From Macrostomum hystrix (lineage: Eukaryota; Animalia; Platyhelminthes), in the NCBI GenBank assembly GCA_950097015.1, contig CATNEN010000029.1:3534001-3598000 (forward strand): 64,000 nucleotides of DNA, written 5' to 3'. Below are positions 40,401 to 55,400 of this stretch, in pieces. Within the stretch, counting starts at the first letter, position 1, and every line of letters begins with the position of its first letter. The position numbers and the translations under genes were made by a program. The notes under the pieces were generated by a model. It saw only the letters and a program-made list of their open reading frames with translations, did no database searches and was not told the DNA's origin.

Positions 40401-43400
40401 AGCACAGTCTATAAAAACATTTTGCTCTATGTGAAGCATTTAGAAGACGTTGAATGTTTCATTATGTCCACAGATATCAGGGTTGGACCTCACCAAAGCG
40501 CAAATTATTCCGTGAGCAGGCAAAGATCTGGCAGGTATCGAGCGTGACACTCGGGTTGGTTGTGTAGCACCAGAACCTGTTTGTTGCGTCACAGTTGCGG
40601 CAGTAGTTTACAGAAGCAGATTTGTTGCTTCCTGGGAAGTAGCCAGCATATTGACAGTCGTAGTTGGGTACGAATGGAGAATTGCTTCCCCAATTCTGGC
40701 AGGTGTAGCCCGATGATGTGACGTTTTGCCGGCCAAAGTAGCCAATTCGACTGGCCGCATCTCCACACACGTCTCCGCCGTATGCATCTATACAAAAACA
40801 GTTTAGGCGTTTTTACTTTCCTTAATTGCGTTCCTTCGCCAGACACTCGTACGCAGAACTCTATTGACTAGCACATATCCGATGTAGAGTCAACTGCATC
40901 AGACTCAATGTGTTGTGGATTCAGAATTGTTTTCTCAGAAACTTGTTCCCTTTGAGCACTTCGGGAAGTATAAGTATAAGTTCTGACTGGAGCAATATTA
41001 CTTCATAGAACAAGTTTGGCAGAGTAGCAGACATTGGAGCAGAAAGTGCTATATTATTCAGAATGTATGAGCTTAAAGGCTCCACTAGAGGTGAACAATT
41101 TTATGTTCTATATCCTCTGTTTTCTAAAGGAGCAGACTATCCATTGTCGAATAAGTATGAAAAATTTAAAGAAAATTTCGAATAGTCGTATAAGAAATAA
41201 TAGGCAGAAGACAGGCATCACCGAAGCAGCAACGGCATTTCGATTTGGCCTTGATGACGCGACTGCCGTTGCTGTTGGCGATGCAACCGAATCATTTTAA
41301 GAATGATTCTGTAGGCAAATTAGAAAGTTTCTATCACTATAAAAATATATTTACCTAGTTCTTCAACCAGATCTACGACTCGAATTCGTCGAATGAAAGT
41401 TAGATAGCCAAATTCAATCATCCAATAATGGTATAGATCAACATAGTGCTGAAAGTCCGTAACAAACGATTGACCATATCCAAAGAACATGTATGCATTG
41501 CCGTCGTTGCCTCTCTCTGGACTGCCATACGAGCTGAAGTAGCGATACTTGAAGCTCGACACCAAGTAAGGCAAGATTGAGCCACTCGTTACTGAAATTT
41601 TGAAGAGAGTCGTATTTTATTTTTATGCAATCTTAATGGGTAGCCTTTTTTAACTGTGTGATTTTAACTTTTCCGCTCACCATATGGGCAGCCGTACAGT
41701 TGAAGTTTCATTTCGTTCTGTGTTTGAAAAGTAGCCGGGAAAACTCTCAGAGCGAGTGTGAGAAGATCTGGCAGAAACCTCAGACTTGCCGCCTGGCGAG
41801 TTTGCCTCGGTCCAACCAGAATCTGGGATTTTGGCATGGGACTCGAATAAAATCTTAGATCAATCGTATTCTTGCTATTCTTGTATATGAATTTTATAAA
41901 GCTAAAATCGAATGATTTTTCAATTCATTTTAACCTTACTGCAATCATTCAAATTAGCTTTCTAGAAGTATTATTATTTTTCTAATCGAAGCAAGACTCC
42001 TTCCATCAAAGTTGGAGGCTAGGAAGTAATTGTATCGGATTGTCATTTTACCATGCCGTTGTAAAGCGATCTCCAGTAGCGCGCATCCTCGCTGTAATAC
42101 ACGTAGTAGCTCAGTATGTTGGTCCATGCACCTGTGAGCACGCTGATTCCCGGCCCACCCTGTAGGGTAATCCACTGCAGCCTCACGAACTTGTCAAAAG
42201 TTGCCTGAATTAAGGCGTGGTTTTAAGTAAAGATGTGAGTTCTATACAATATCTATCAGCATTTGGGTATTTTAAAGACTAAAGAAATTGCTTCAAACCT
42301 GTAGATAGACTCGCTCTTGAAAGTAATAATTTTGTGGTCGGTACGTAGACAGAGTCTTTGCGCTCCTCACATTGAAGTACAACTTGATGCTGTTCCCTGA
42401 ATCCACTACGTCGTTGGAGTACCCAATCTTTTTTATCGGGATGGCGTGTCGGGAGTCCGTTGATTGGCCGATCAGCTGACCATTGAAATATGTGAAAAAC
42501 GAGGTCACATTATTTGTTGTGTCCCAGGTGATGCACACCTTCGCAAAGTCCTGCGTATTGTGCGTTGCTGAGAGGTTGAGCGTGCTGTTCAGCACATCCA
42601 GCACGTACGCAGTCGGGTTGTTCACAGAGTAGTCCTTATTCTCCACTTGCGCTCCAGCGTACCTGACCTGGTTCGCCCCATCGCCTTGCAGCAACAACAC
42701 GTAGCGACTCTGCAAAGTTTGGTATGATTTTAGCTCGAATATGAAACAATTCATTAAATAATTCCAACTTCAAATTTCTGACTTGACAAAGTCACTCATA
42801 AAGTTATTTAAAAATGCTCCCATGTATTACTTTTTGATATGAATTATTTTTTGAGCATCTTAAGCATGCTGTATACTGCTACTCCACTGTTACACTTTGA
42901 ATGCAGAAGAAACTATTACGAAAATTAAAGTATACGAGCCTACTTTTCAAACGAAAAAGTTCGATTTCTTGTTTTCTTGAATTGAGACCCCTTCTTACAA
43001 ATTTTACGAGTAAGTAAAGACTTCCTACTCTTGTGGAGCAATCATTAATTAGAAAAGAGACTGAAAATGGTGCATTAGGAATAGATGGGGCGATGTCCTT
43101 AACATTCTCCAATCGTTCATTCTCGTACCTATCGTCTACTATTTTCGAAATTGATTTTAAGGAGGTAGCGAAATAGATAAACGAATGTACCACTTCAGCT
43201 CCTCAATATCTTCCATGTCAACAGGTATAGAAGATGCAGAGCGCTATTTCAGAATAGTGACTTAATATTTCGCATCTTAAGGTGGCTTTTAAGTATAAAG
43301 TTTTGTTTTATGTCAGTTATTATTCTAGAGACGTTTAAACTACACTAGCTGGATATAGAAATAAGCGCGAAATTCAATGCATCTTCCTTACTTGGGTCAT

Positions 43401-46400
43401 GGCTTCCAAGTAGCCGTACTGGTCTGTGAACCAAATTTTGGCCAATCGATTCCGAATCAGCAAGTTGAATGTGACGTTATTAGTCTCCAGAGCAGTTGAT
43501 ATCGTTTCATCTGGCATCCAGCCGACTCTCAAGTCGACAGACTCATCGTAGTCATAGTCTGAATAAAAGTGATTTAATAAAATAATATAATAACAAAAGC
43601 TTTCTAAGAGTCAACGTTGATTTGCAATCAAATCGCGTAAGGAAATAAATTATAAAGTGCTTACACTCCTCTGCAAACACAAAGATCTGATCGACTCGGA
43701 AGAAGCCAAAATCAGCCGGCTTGGTGAGGACTAGGTATCGACCCAGCATAACTCTCGAGCAGGTGAAGCTGTACTCTGTGAGGCTGCTCACAGGAATCTC
43801 CAGTGTGTCACAGACAGGCCAGCTGAGGAAGGCGCGCTCGCCTAGCGATGAGTCATAGCTACTGCTGACGCGCACGTGGATTGGGTACTGGCCTGCTGTC
43901 GCTGTAAGTTGTGAAGGTATGGATGGGTGTGCATTGAATGCGCTCGGCCAGCTAAATCAGCCTATCTATTTATCTCCTTCTCTGAATGCCGTTAGGTAAT
44001 AAGTCAAAGCTAAGCATTCTCTAACATCAACAATCAAGAGGAAGCCCATTTTTTACAGCTTATAGACTCCCTGATAGAAATCTTAAACTAATCTCAAACT
44101 AATGTCGGAGGGACGAAGCCCTGTTGTCCCCACAATATTATTGCGTTGAAATGATAGTTCTCAAAGGAAATCTTAAGCCACAGAAAGGCCACATACGGCT
44201 CTGAAAGTCGACTCCCGCAATCGTGTGCAGCAGCTTCAGATCCACCAGGACGAAATGGAACTCCGTCGCATCCACAAACGAAGCCTGGTTGCTGGTGTAG
44301 ATGTTGAGAAATCCACCGGAGTTGGCGCTGTTGGAGACGTCTCTGCCATTAAAAATCACGGTTTTGAACAGCGCCGCATTGTGGCCCTGCAGCAGTCCCG
44401 TATTTGGGTGGTAGTAGTGAACTGAAAGAGGAAAAAATATTAAGTTACGAAACTATATTGAGTACATGTACTCGTGAGAGCTAAAGTAAGATAGCAAAGC
44501 ACTGAGTCAGCTATTTGTCCAGTTCATTTGTTGCTTATTAACGATCTGATATTATACTTATTAGTGGGTCGGCCGGAGCGAGAAAGGCGAGAGGCAGCGA
44601 GTGCTGTGCATTGCCTATGCGCTGCACAGCTGAATACAAATGCATATAAACACATTAGGTTTGATTAAAATTTCACGATTTATTTATCCTCTCAAAAATA
44701 AGCTCTATCAATGCGTCGAGCGAACAGATGGAAGTAGGAACAATCAGTTAACAATAGTGATATATACAATATGAATAGCAGATATGAAAAATTAAAATGC
44801 GGAAACTCACAACAACTCGAAGAAGTGCATATTCCCGTCCCACCAGTAACTTTATTGCACAGTGGTAATTCTGATGTGTATCCTGATTTAAAGGAAGAGT
44901 AATTAAAAAAATTCCATTTAAAACGGACGACAAGGTGAGGAAGTTATATTTTTGGGTGTCTCAACTTATATTTGAGAAATTCAAAAGCACAAACGTTTGC
45001 GTACGGCTAATGCACTGAGATCCTGTGTTCAAGTTGCCCGTGACACCCGAGGTCCACGCTGCGCACGCGATGCCGTCCCGGGTGACGTTCAGGTCATGCA
45101 AGAAGAAGTCGGAGTCGCCTCTGCTGAACACACAGGGAACTGAAAACGAGGAATAATTTACAATAAACTATTTTTTATTCACCTAAAAACTTTGCGAATG
45201 TTCAAAGTTAGCTACTTCTAGTGCGAACTGCATTGCCGACAATGGCATCCTCCGGCTTGTTGAAAGAAGATCGGCCGCTGCCACTCAGCGACGCTGTCAG
45301 GATGCCGGGAATTCCAGGCAGCAGAGGCTGCATGCAGGCTGAAAAATATGGCAAAATTTACAGCATTTAGAAGTTCTCCTGTCTTCAACCCTAATATATA
45401 ATAATGTGTAAATAGTTTTATGCTTGCAATTCGTCTTTGACATTACCGTGATCAACGCAGGGAAAGTGCTGCATGATGTTTGCGGCTGACATCTCAGGAG
45501 GAGAGGACAGTGGATTGGACGTAAAGATCCAGAATATTCCCGCATCATGCTGAAAGCTAGTCGATTGGTTCATGAAGAATTCATCCATGAAGAGCACATC
45601 ATTGTGCGCCGCTCTCTGGTTAATGTCAGTTTCTGTGTTCGCCCTGAAGTCATCGTTACAACCTGAGCACATCGATGGGTGCATGTAGTACACCAGCGGA
45701 CCCTTGTTGCACAGATTTGGTCCTGAAAGGTTTTTTATTACACAGCTAGAATTCAGACAGAAAACTGAAGTAAACTAAGAGGTAGTTGTATACGAATAGA
45801 TATTCTTAGAGTAACGTGTTTGACGTACGCTTCAAGCTAGGAACTTCGCAAACAAAGTACAGACTGACAGACGTGCTTGACAGTGGAATCAGTCCATTAT
45901 ACCAGGGGCGCCAAGCAGCATGCAAATTTCCTGCCTTCTCAGCAGCCCAGGATCCATCGCTCACCGGATCCCCATCAAACCACTCCCAATTTCCGGTGCT
46001 GGAATTCCTTCGTACGCCGATATGCACGGACCAATCATAGCTGAAATGAAAATATTTTCGAGATCAAAATATATAAGTTCAGCAATATGAGAAACTGTGC
46101 ATGATCAAAATCGGATTATTCTCACTATCTCCCCAAAATGTAGTTCATCTTCATTGCATCTTTTGGCATGAACAATGTTCCTCTCTTTCCTCCCCATCGG
46201 TAAGTTTGAGAACAGTGACTCTGTGCCGCGGTCTGAGTCGCAGCCACTGTAATGATGCGAACACAAACATCAAAGTGAGGTGTAAATCCATCGGGACACT
46301 CGTTGGTCATCTTGCCAAGCAGACTGAACTCATCCGGTGATAGACTGCCATTGACTATGTGAAAAGTCAGTTTTAGCGACTGCAGAACTTGTGGGAAGTA

Positions 46401-49400
46401 AAGACTTTGATTCGCAGATTTAACAGTAAACTGCAATCGATGGGAAAAATGGAGGGACACTGAAAATGCTAGAAATATATACAAGGGTAAACTTATTCAA
46501 ACATTTGCAAAACATTCTAGAAAGCGCACCATCCAAGTGGTGTTGTACACCTTGAAGACCTCATCCTCTCCAGCCAGCTCCTCAAAGCTCAAATAAAACC
46601 TAAGAAGATCTGTTGTCTTTCTATTGAACTGCATGAAGTTCAGATGATAAATATACTTAAATGACACTCGCAGTGTTGATCCATCGACCATCGTCTTGTT
46701 CATATATTCTTCAGGAATCATGGTGCTGTCTGGAAGTGGAAGTAGAAGTGCAGTGGTTGTCAATGTCAAAATGAAATATTGAAATGGAATTTCTTCTTAC
46801 TTGTGTCGTTAGGGAAGCCAAGGAAATCGAATTTAATGGCGGTCCGTCCTATCGATGACTGTGTGTCAACCCGCACGATTTGGGCTTGAAAAGGGTTGGT
46901 GAAAACCTCTCTTCTGCGCTCAATCTCGTCGCGTGGGCCATCAAAATTCACCTGTAGGTTTTATTTTTGGGAGCATGAAAATCTATGGCAGAAAATAAGT
47001 AAACACAGCTATTATAGCATAATATTCGTGCGTCATTTAAAAATGCCTAAAAACGAAGCAAAGCATTTTGCTGTTCCAGGCATCAAATATTAAGATATTC
47101 ACTTAAAATTTAAATTTCGGCTTGATTAACAAACGCAAGCAATTGAATTTGAAGCATGCATTTTTTCTTCAGTATTTAATTTGTCTAAAAAGAACAAGCT
47201 GTGTTTAAAAAATCTTAAAACAAAACATGGCATTAAATAACAATGCTTACAATGTTGTTATTCTCCAAGTCCCTGTAATAGTTCAGCATGTCCTGTCGCT
47301 TCTCGTAGGCGTACAAGATACGCAATGACGTGAAGCGGCCATAGTACGGGTAGTACATGGACGAGCCCTGTACGATAAAGCCTGTGATGGTGTAGACGCA
47401 AGGGAAGTACACATCAAAGTAGCCGTTTCCGTACAGGTACAAGGCAAAGGTGAACGCCTCATCCCCAGCGAACTCCAGCGGGAGTGAGTACACATCACCG
47501 GTCAGCGCGGTGTACGGATAAACGCGACTGGCGTGCACGGCGGTGGCTGGGAACCGGGAGCCCAGGCCTGTGCGGACGAACACGAGCTCAGAGAGCTGGT
47601 CACCAGGGCTGCCTGTGGGTTGAATAGATTTGATTGCAAAAGCGTTACCCCATGTCGTACATATATATATGTGCCTCTTTCGTTAATTATCATAAAAACT
47701 GCATTACGGGTCTGTCATGTAAAGAGTTCCATCAATTATATTCTCGATTAGAAATGTCGCTCTTTTGCTTTTTTATGTACCGTATAACAAAATATTTGTT
47801 CGTGATAACAAACTCGTGTAGAAATTCTTAGGAACGAGTGTAATATTTTAATTATGTAGTTTATGCGGAATCGACAGTCTTTTGAGCTATTGCTTCAAAA
47901 AGCATAAATAAAAATTAATATGATTATGAACTACGCATAAGCTGCAAGTCGGTATGAATTTTATTAATGATAATGAAAAACTAATAATAAGAGTGCAAGA
48001 CACGAAACTGAGTTCAAAATACTCACCAAGTGGGTAGCCGTACACCTCAATCTCGCAGATAGTGTAGTAGATATAACTGCCTGAGTAACTAGCAACACCG
48101 ACGTATCGCGCTGACTGTAAAAATGTATTTAAGCAAGTACTAGGCCATCCGATAATTTGATTGGAAACTTCAAGTATAACTATGGATTAATGAAGATGGC
48201 TGCAAAGGACAAAAATAGCAAACGAATGACTGACGACTTACTCGAGCAATATTTACGAGCCAGGGCTGTGGCACAACCTCGTTTCCAACAGAGCCAACTA
48301 CAGTTCCGGAGCTCCCAACAAACGTTGAGTTCGAAATGTACATTCTTGTGAACTTGTTTACTTCGCTAGTCACAACACCTGTATATTTCGATACTTCATG
48401 TATTGAACGGTTTACTATTCGATTTCTCATCACCGAGAAAAAATATCTGATCACTTACCGCTGTCATCGTCTGTCTGTGCCCAGACATATACTTTATCGA
48501 TGTATCTTGGAAAAACCAGGTCGATGGCGATATATGGGTTCACGTGGTAGTGTCTCCAGCAACCCGAGCTGAAGCTTGGAGACCGGTTCTGGTCAATGAC
48601 ACCTCTTTCGCTGTATGAAGTCACACCCGAGCTGCGGACAGCTTGGTAGTTTGATATTATCACGGACTGCTGAAACTGCAAGCTGTGCTTCGCTGAAAAT
48701 TGAATGCAAAAGAGTGTCGCATATTAGTTGCCATATGGTGATTCATAGACTAATATTTCTGTCCATTGCCAATTCTCTGATAATAATTGATTAACTTAAG
48801 ACTCAATCTTTCAGATGGATGCAGATGAATCATGTTAATCTGCTTAATTTCATAAGTGGAGAGTGGCATAGCTACTCTGAGTTAGTGTACGCGGCGGAGG
48901 AGGGCAGCCCGTTTATCGATTGGCTGCTATCTCTCTCTCTCTTGGGTGAGCGCTTGTGCCCCTACCCCCAGCCCTTGTGATTGTAATGCCCTGCGCGGGG
49001 TGCCTCTCTCGCCCTCGTGTGCTCATTTTTTGCCAGACCATAAACCGAAACAGTGAAAATACTGAGGTGGACGGCCTAGAGAGCTGCACGGCACGCGAGT
49101 TAAGGCGACTGCTTGATCAACAAGGTCTGTCGAAAGCCGGAAAAAGGCGATCTTGCTGGAACGCCTTCGATTGGCTCGTCGCTACGACAACAGCAAGACG
49201 CGTGCAACAACAACCAACGGAGGAGCAGAGAGCGGCCCAATGGGGTCGCGAGGCAGCGTCGGACGTCCAGACGAAAATCGGAGCCGCAGAGAGGCGCATC
49301 CGACTGCTGGAACTCAAGCGAAAGAGCGGCAACTCAGATGAGAGGCCCAAGCAGCGGATGACCTCGAACCTCGCTGCTTGCGGTGCCCGAAAGCAATGAG

Positions 49401-52400
49401 AACTTCGGTGAGTTTCTGAGTGCAGTCTGCAATGATGTTACCCCGGGTCCAATTCCAAAGTCCCGAGTAGACGGAATTAAACAACAGAAGCACAGGGGGG
49501 CTTTGTTCCCCCGTTTGCTCGTTTGTTCTTCTTGCTCGCCATTGCCTCGCATTCGCCTTCCTTCCTCGGCGCTGTTCACTAAGTATATTGAGCTGTAATA
49601 ATGAAACTTTTTATTTCCTGATTTTATCTCAGGTGTCGTTTGATCAGTTTTGTCAGTAGTCGATTATTTATGTTAAAATTCACGGTGACCTAACCGAACT
49701 CACACTTCTTGCAGCCATAGAGCATCCAGCGAATCTCAGCCCTGTTGTTGAAGCTATATGCGTAGACTCGGTATGTAACAGCGTGAATTTCTGGCACGAG
49801 TCTGTAGCTGGATACCATGTCACCATTGGTGTACGAGCCAGGGATGTACTGAAATGAATTTGAATGCTTCCTTAGTTAAAACTACCGTCGTGTACAAATA
49901 TATGGACTAGTGAAAACGCCCAGACAACTCACGTGGGTGTATGCAGTGTACGCGAATCTGTCTGAGCTGTAGGTCAGCTGTACATGGTGCATATATGCCA
50001 CGCATGCGGGACAGTTGTCGAATCGACTGCTGCCTGCCTGAATGCTGATCACGTACACAGTGACGAAGTCGTCAAACCAGGCCTAAACAAAATAGATTAC
50101 AAAGTTTTTAACCTCAACATCAGGCTTTAAATCGTTCTCACTATTTGGTAACAAAACGCTGGGCATTGCTGACCCAACGGCGCAAGTCAGCCGTAACTTA
50201 CCTGGATGTAATCCTGATAACCCGTATTTCCGCTGATTCCAGATACAGTTGGTGGACTCCAAAACCCCAGGTAGCGCGTGCCTTAAAGTAAGACAGAGAT
50301 TTATCATTCGTCTTTCACTACATTCTTTGTAAGTTTTTCTATGTATATGTATCTTGGCACCCTTGGGCAGCGTAATCGATATAACTCACTGGGCATGTCA
50401 TACATCACTCGTGGTCCTGTGTGCATGCTCTCAGAAACCAACGCGAGATATGACACTGAGGTGAAGTTGATTGAGTCGCTGGCCATGACCACTCCATAGC
50501 CAATGTCCTGTCCGTTGCACGCGAAGAAGACGGAGCAGTTGTAGGAGTCGCATTCACTCCAGGTGACGGTGAGAGGCAGGTATTCCTCTGTGTCAGCAGC
50601 CACTGGTTTCAGCTGTCTCAGGCTGATGCTGCCTACAGCTCTCAGGTTGGATCCGTAGAAGTCGCCCTGGCGAATGGCAGCAGCTGCGAGCCACAGCGCT
50701 GTCCCGTTGGCGTTGAGATTGAACTCGTAGCGTTTCTGTTTTTCGAGGAAAGCAATTCCGAGCATGAAGAAATCCAGTTGGCATGTACGCATTGAATAAA
50801 ATAAATAAAATAAAACACAACAATAGTCTCACTTGTCTCATTATATCAGACTCGGCATAGTAAGCAGAAAACAGAAGCTGCAGTCCTGCGCTGTTCAGTC
50901 GAACATAGAACGTGAGGTTTCCTGTCTGGATGGCAGTCGCAACCAGAGACTTTGGCAGTCGATAGATCTTAGTTAGATCAGCCTCTGTGCCCATCTCTTT
51001 CACTGGAACGAATTATTTAGATGGACATAAGGCGCGTGAAAACGATTTTCAACAATTCATAGTTCTTTTCGCAGCTACCTTCATCTCCCATGACATTGAT
51101 ATAGTTGATGTCCATTCGTGCACCTCCAACGTTATTGACTGGGCTCACAAGCACCAAATATCGAGCTGTCTGAGGCGTGTTACAGGTTATGAAGGTCGTT
51201 GCAGTAGAAAGTGCTTCCGCAAAGTTCCAGTTGTAGCAAGTGTCCCAGCTCTCAAAAGCCAAGTCTCCGAGGCTTCGGTTCCATGAATTGCTGGTTCTGA
51301 AGCTCACATTATAAAGATTTCTCACTAAAAAAGCAAATTTAACGGAAATTCGGGTTTCAGATCCATGTTTCAGCCAAGTTCACGCCGAAAAAAAAATAAA
51401 TACTCACGTGGATCAACGCGCATTAAATAAAATCGATATTGAAGCTTGAGATCAAGGAGCAGCCACCAGTTGTTCGGTGGTGTGGCTACAGATACGGCGC
51501 CCGTGTTCACATAGAATCCATTATTAGTGTTCATGCTGTATGCCTGCTTAATGCCGACGAAGTACAGCACCTTGTCTGTCAGAATGTTCCCGATGAAGTT
51601 GTTGCCCGCCGGCGGGTGGTAGTATTGGCCTGAAGGAAAATCACGACATAGAAAGAATCACAGAGGATAAAACAATCAGTATGAATTGCGTCCACCCTCT
51701 TAATGAAGTAGGAATCAGTATCTTACTGCAGTAGGCCTTCTGTAGGTCAAAGCAATCCCTCTGATAGCCTCCTTGATCGTAGCAGGTTGAGTAGCGGCCA
51801 GTTGTATCTGTTAAACAGGGTCCGACTTCGAGGTTCAAATACATTGAATTGCTACATGCAGGGATAGAAAGCACTGAAACTCGTGTCAAGTAAAGCTCAC
51901 ATTCGAGGCACGAGTTGTTGTAGTCCTTGTAGGTGCTTAAATACGTGGCCCAGTTGGCACATGCATATCCCTGCTCAGTGACTGACCATGGACTGTCATA
52001 GAACTGATAGTCAGCTCTGCTCAGTGCACACTGTACATGGTCTGAAAGCGGTGTAATCACGCCGTTCTATTAGCTCGGATTGCATCATGGCACTGCATAT
52101 GTAATGATATTGACTTATTTCACATGTCAGAGTCAAAAACATAAGCTGAGCTTAAAAATCTACATTTTTCACCGCCTAAAGCGTTTTGACCCCGGCGAGA
52201 CACAAACCAGAGAAGAAGCTAAGAAACGAGAGGCAGAAACTAATCACACGAACCAAAGAAAGGTGTGAAAAATATGGCCCGCCTGTTTCATCGCCAGAAC
52301 AGCTTCAGAATGAAACTATCCCACATTTAAGATTGCGAAAGCGGGAGGCACTCAAACAATCAAGGCTGAGAACGACGGCACGATGCCAAGGACGAGAGCT

Positions 52401-55400
52401 GAATAAATGCGTTTGTAAGATCATCATAATAAAGTCATAACTGAAGTAAAAAATATCATTCATCACATGCGAACGAATGTGACAAATTCAGAAGTTTTTT
52501 TCGGTGCTGACCTGCCGTTTTAACACAAATGCTATGTAAATTAGCGGACGGTAATCCAAAATGACATGATCTGTACTCCACCCTACACATCTGACGAATA
52601 GCTTGATATGAATAAAAATATTACTGCTTTTATATTTTTAAGCAATAAATTAGTATTCTAACATTCTAAATGACCTCAATTGAGTGTTGCTTACTCTTAT
52701 ATAATGAATTTAGTACAGGTTAAAGAAAAATCACTAGCAGTAAAAAGCGAGAGCATTTGTTACATTAAATATGTTGGTGTTTTCTGACCTTCTCTTGACA
52801 TCACAGAGCCCAGAAATGCCCTTTCAGGACCTCTTCTCGAGTTAGAAGTGGACGCATTGATGAAAACTCCTAATACACCTTGCTCTGGGTACAGCAGTGG
52901 CTCGAGGCAACCTGAATTAAGAAAATTTGTTTCAAGTTCAAACCATAGTTACATTTATAAGATGTCATTCTCAGATACCTCTGAGAGCTCTTACCATTGT
53001 CGACCTGAGTTCTCTGGAACACAGAATACTTAGTTGTCCCGCTTTGAACGCTCTCGGTACCGATCGAAACAGCAAAATTGTTAACATTTGCGGCATTCCA
53101 AACGTCATAAAGTGCAGGAATATATTTGAAAGAGTCATCCAATGCCCACAGGCTGAGCAGCTCATGCATGGGTCCCTGGGTGTATTGTAGGTTATCGTCT
53201 TCTGACCCGACTCCATTGAAGTAGAATGTATTAATCACGACAGTCTGCGGACGATCGGCCCCTGAAATGACACGTGGTTAATAAAAAAATCCTAGGGTTG
53301 TGATATTGACTCAAACAATAGTTGATAGAGTTGTGGTGGCTAGACCAGGACGCAGCCCGCTAGCGCCAGTATGGGTCCACTGACAGCAACCGGGCCCTGT
53401 CAGTACTTGTTAGACTGCCCCTTTTGTACGACCTACGATAGACAGAAAAGAAGCTTTTACTTCTTGTCATCCCTATCTCATCGCCCAGACCCCATTATAT
53501 ATCTAAACTGATACGGGACCCGGAATACAGCGAAGTAGGTGTTGCAACAAAATGAGTAGTGTTGTGATGCGAAACTGTTCTCTAAACTCAAAGACTAAGT
53601 CAATTAAAATTAACATGGAAAACTTTCAATGTGATTTCTTAGAACACGGTAGACAGAGGGTGCGAAATTCTGAAAATCTCAGCCATTTCTACTACAGTTT
53701 TAAGAGAGGTTTCTGCCGTGAAGAATATCTAATAAGTGTTTCAAACCCGGATCACAGGTGCATACTGTCAAATTTTTGTCGAGGAAATCATAGAAAAATT
53801 CAGAGTAGCAGCTTAAAATTTTCTTTGGGTTTTTTACTTACAAATTTTCTTAGGAATTTGACACAGTGGGAAAAGTGACTCGGTGCAGTCGCTCTTGTAC
53901 AGCCCATTATAGTCTGTTGACAGGTACGCGCACGGGCTGCTCTGGGGCTGGCCCATGTAGAATGCTCCCTGCTCAATCTCGTCTCCATCCAGCCAGAACC
54001 AGCGGCCAGTTGAGGCATTTCTGTACGCACCAACGTGGAACTGCATGTTTCTGGAACAGTCATCGAAAATAGGCCAATCGGAGAATTACGCTCGTATGAA
54101 AAACTCTTCGCTGTCCAAATCGATTTGTGTTGTTTATACTCGTAACTATTCTCTTTAATGCAATATTCAAGCTGCGTACTTCTCTTTTTGAAAAAAATGC
54201 TGCACAGGAATGTTGTGATAAAAAAGACAAATTTATTAAAAAAATCCAAGTTTTTTACCGAAGTTCTCGGTACTATAAAACGAATGGTCACTTAGTAAGT
54301 TGCCACAATGTCCAACAAGAAACAGTTTTAGAAGGCGAGCTCTGTCTTCTGACCTACCTCATGTGGCCGAAGTTGCGCAACACGGCAGTCTTGGGCATGA
54401 ACAGCGTGCCGTTGCGACCGTTCCAGTAGCGGCTCTGGCAGTACTGCAGCGAGGTGTTCCAGTCCAGGGCGGATGGAACGATCCTCAGGCAGATGTTGTA
54501 GAGCGGGCGCCAGCCACTGGGGCATTCTTCTGAGATTGCATATTTTGCGTTGCAGTTTATGCTGCAGTTTTTCTTCATGACTTAGCTAATTATAAACTAT
54601 ATAGACAAGTTTATAGAAGGCTATAAGGGCAGAAAACGAGTTGTGAACAGTAAAAAGTTCCTTGCTATACTTATTAAAAATTATATTCCCTTAAATATGC
54701 CATCACCTATATTTAAGTGATATATGCCAGTCTTAGTAATACAACAAAAGCAGAATTTTCATTCTGGCTTCTGCCACATTACTATCAGTAGTAGCCAAGG
54801 GTATTTCTTCTATCCACAACATAGGAAGGAAGCAACAGACAAACTTGTCATCCTAGATCCCTGAGAAAAGTATTTTAATTTCCCAGACAAACCTTCGGCG
54901 AAAAGTGAAAACAGAGAGTCGCTGAGACACCTAGCCAATGTTCTGACTCTTAAAGGTTACTGAAAGACCCAGTCTGTGTCGCCTCAGGTTTTATATATGC
55001 AAACACTGAACACACTTAAAATACGAGGTAAGTGGCTTCCTTGTTAGTTTGTATTGAAAGTCAATAATCAAGTCAAATCAAGAGCGTCTAAAGCTAAACG
55101 TGAAAAAATGATTTAGTAGCAAATACACTTACCATTAATTTCAATGCCGCGTAAATTGACAACATCAAACGTCTCAATCGTAGCATTCATGCTGAAATGC
55201 AGCTGGACGTTAGCTGGCGTGAGAATCAGTGGAATGAAGAAATCTTCAGCTGAGTTGAAGCTTGTGAACTGAAAATTTTATCGATTGTCTTTAAAAGTCT
55301 CTAAAGCTATTCTAGATTTTGAACTTAGAATTCGCAAAGAATACAGGTAATATAAACATTAAAAACAGCTCAACTTAAAATGATGTGACCTACGTTTCTG

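Noticed and set aside
53390-53523. Small MITE with CCGGG.CC.GT..CAGT inverted ends
   Set aside because: Only about 13 of 17 positions match with a gap, no TSD and no second copy seen
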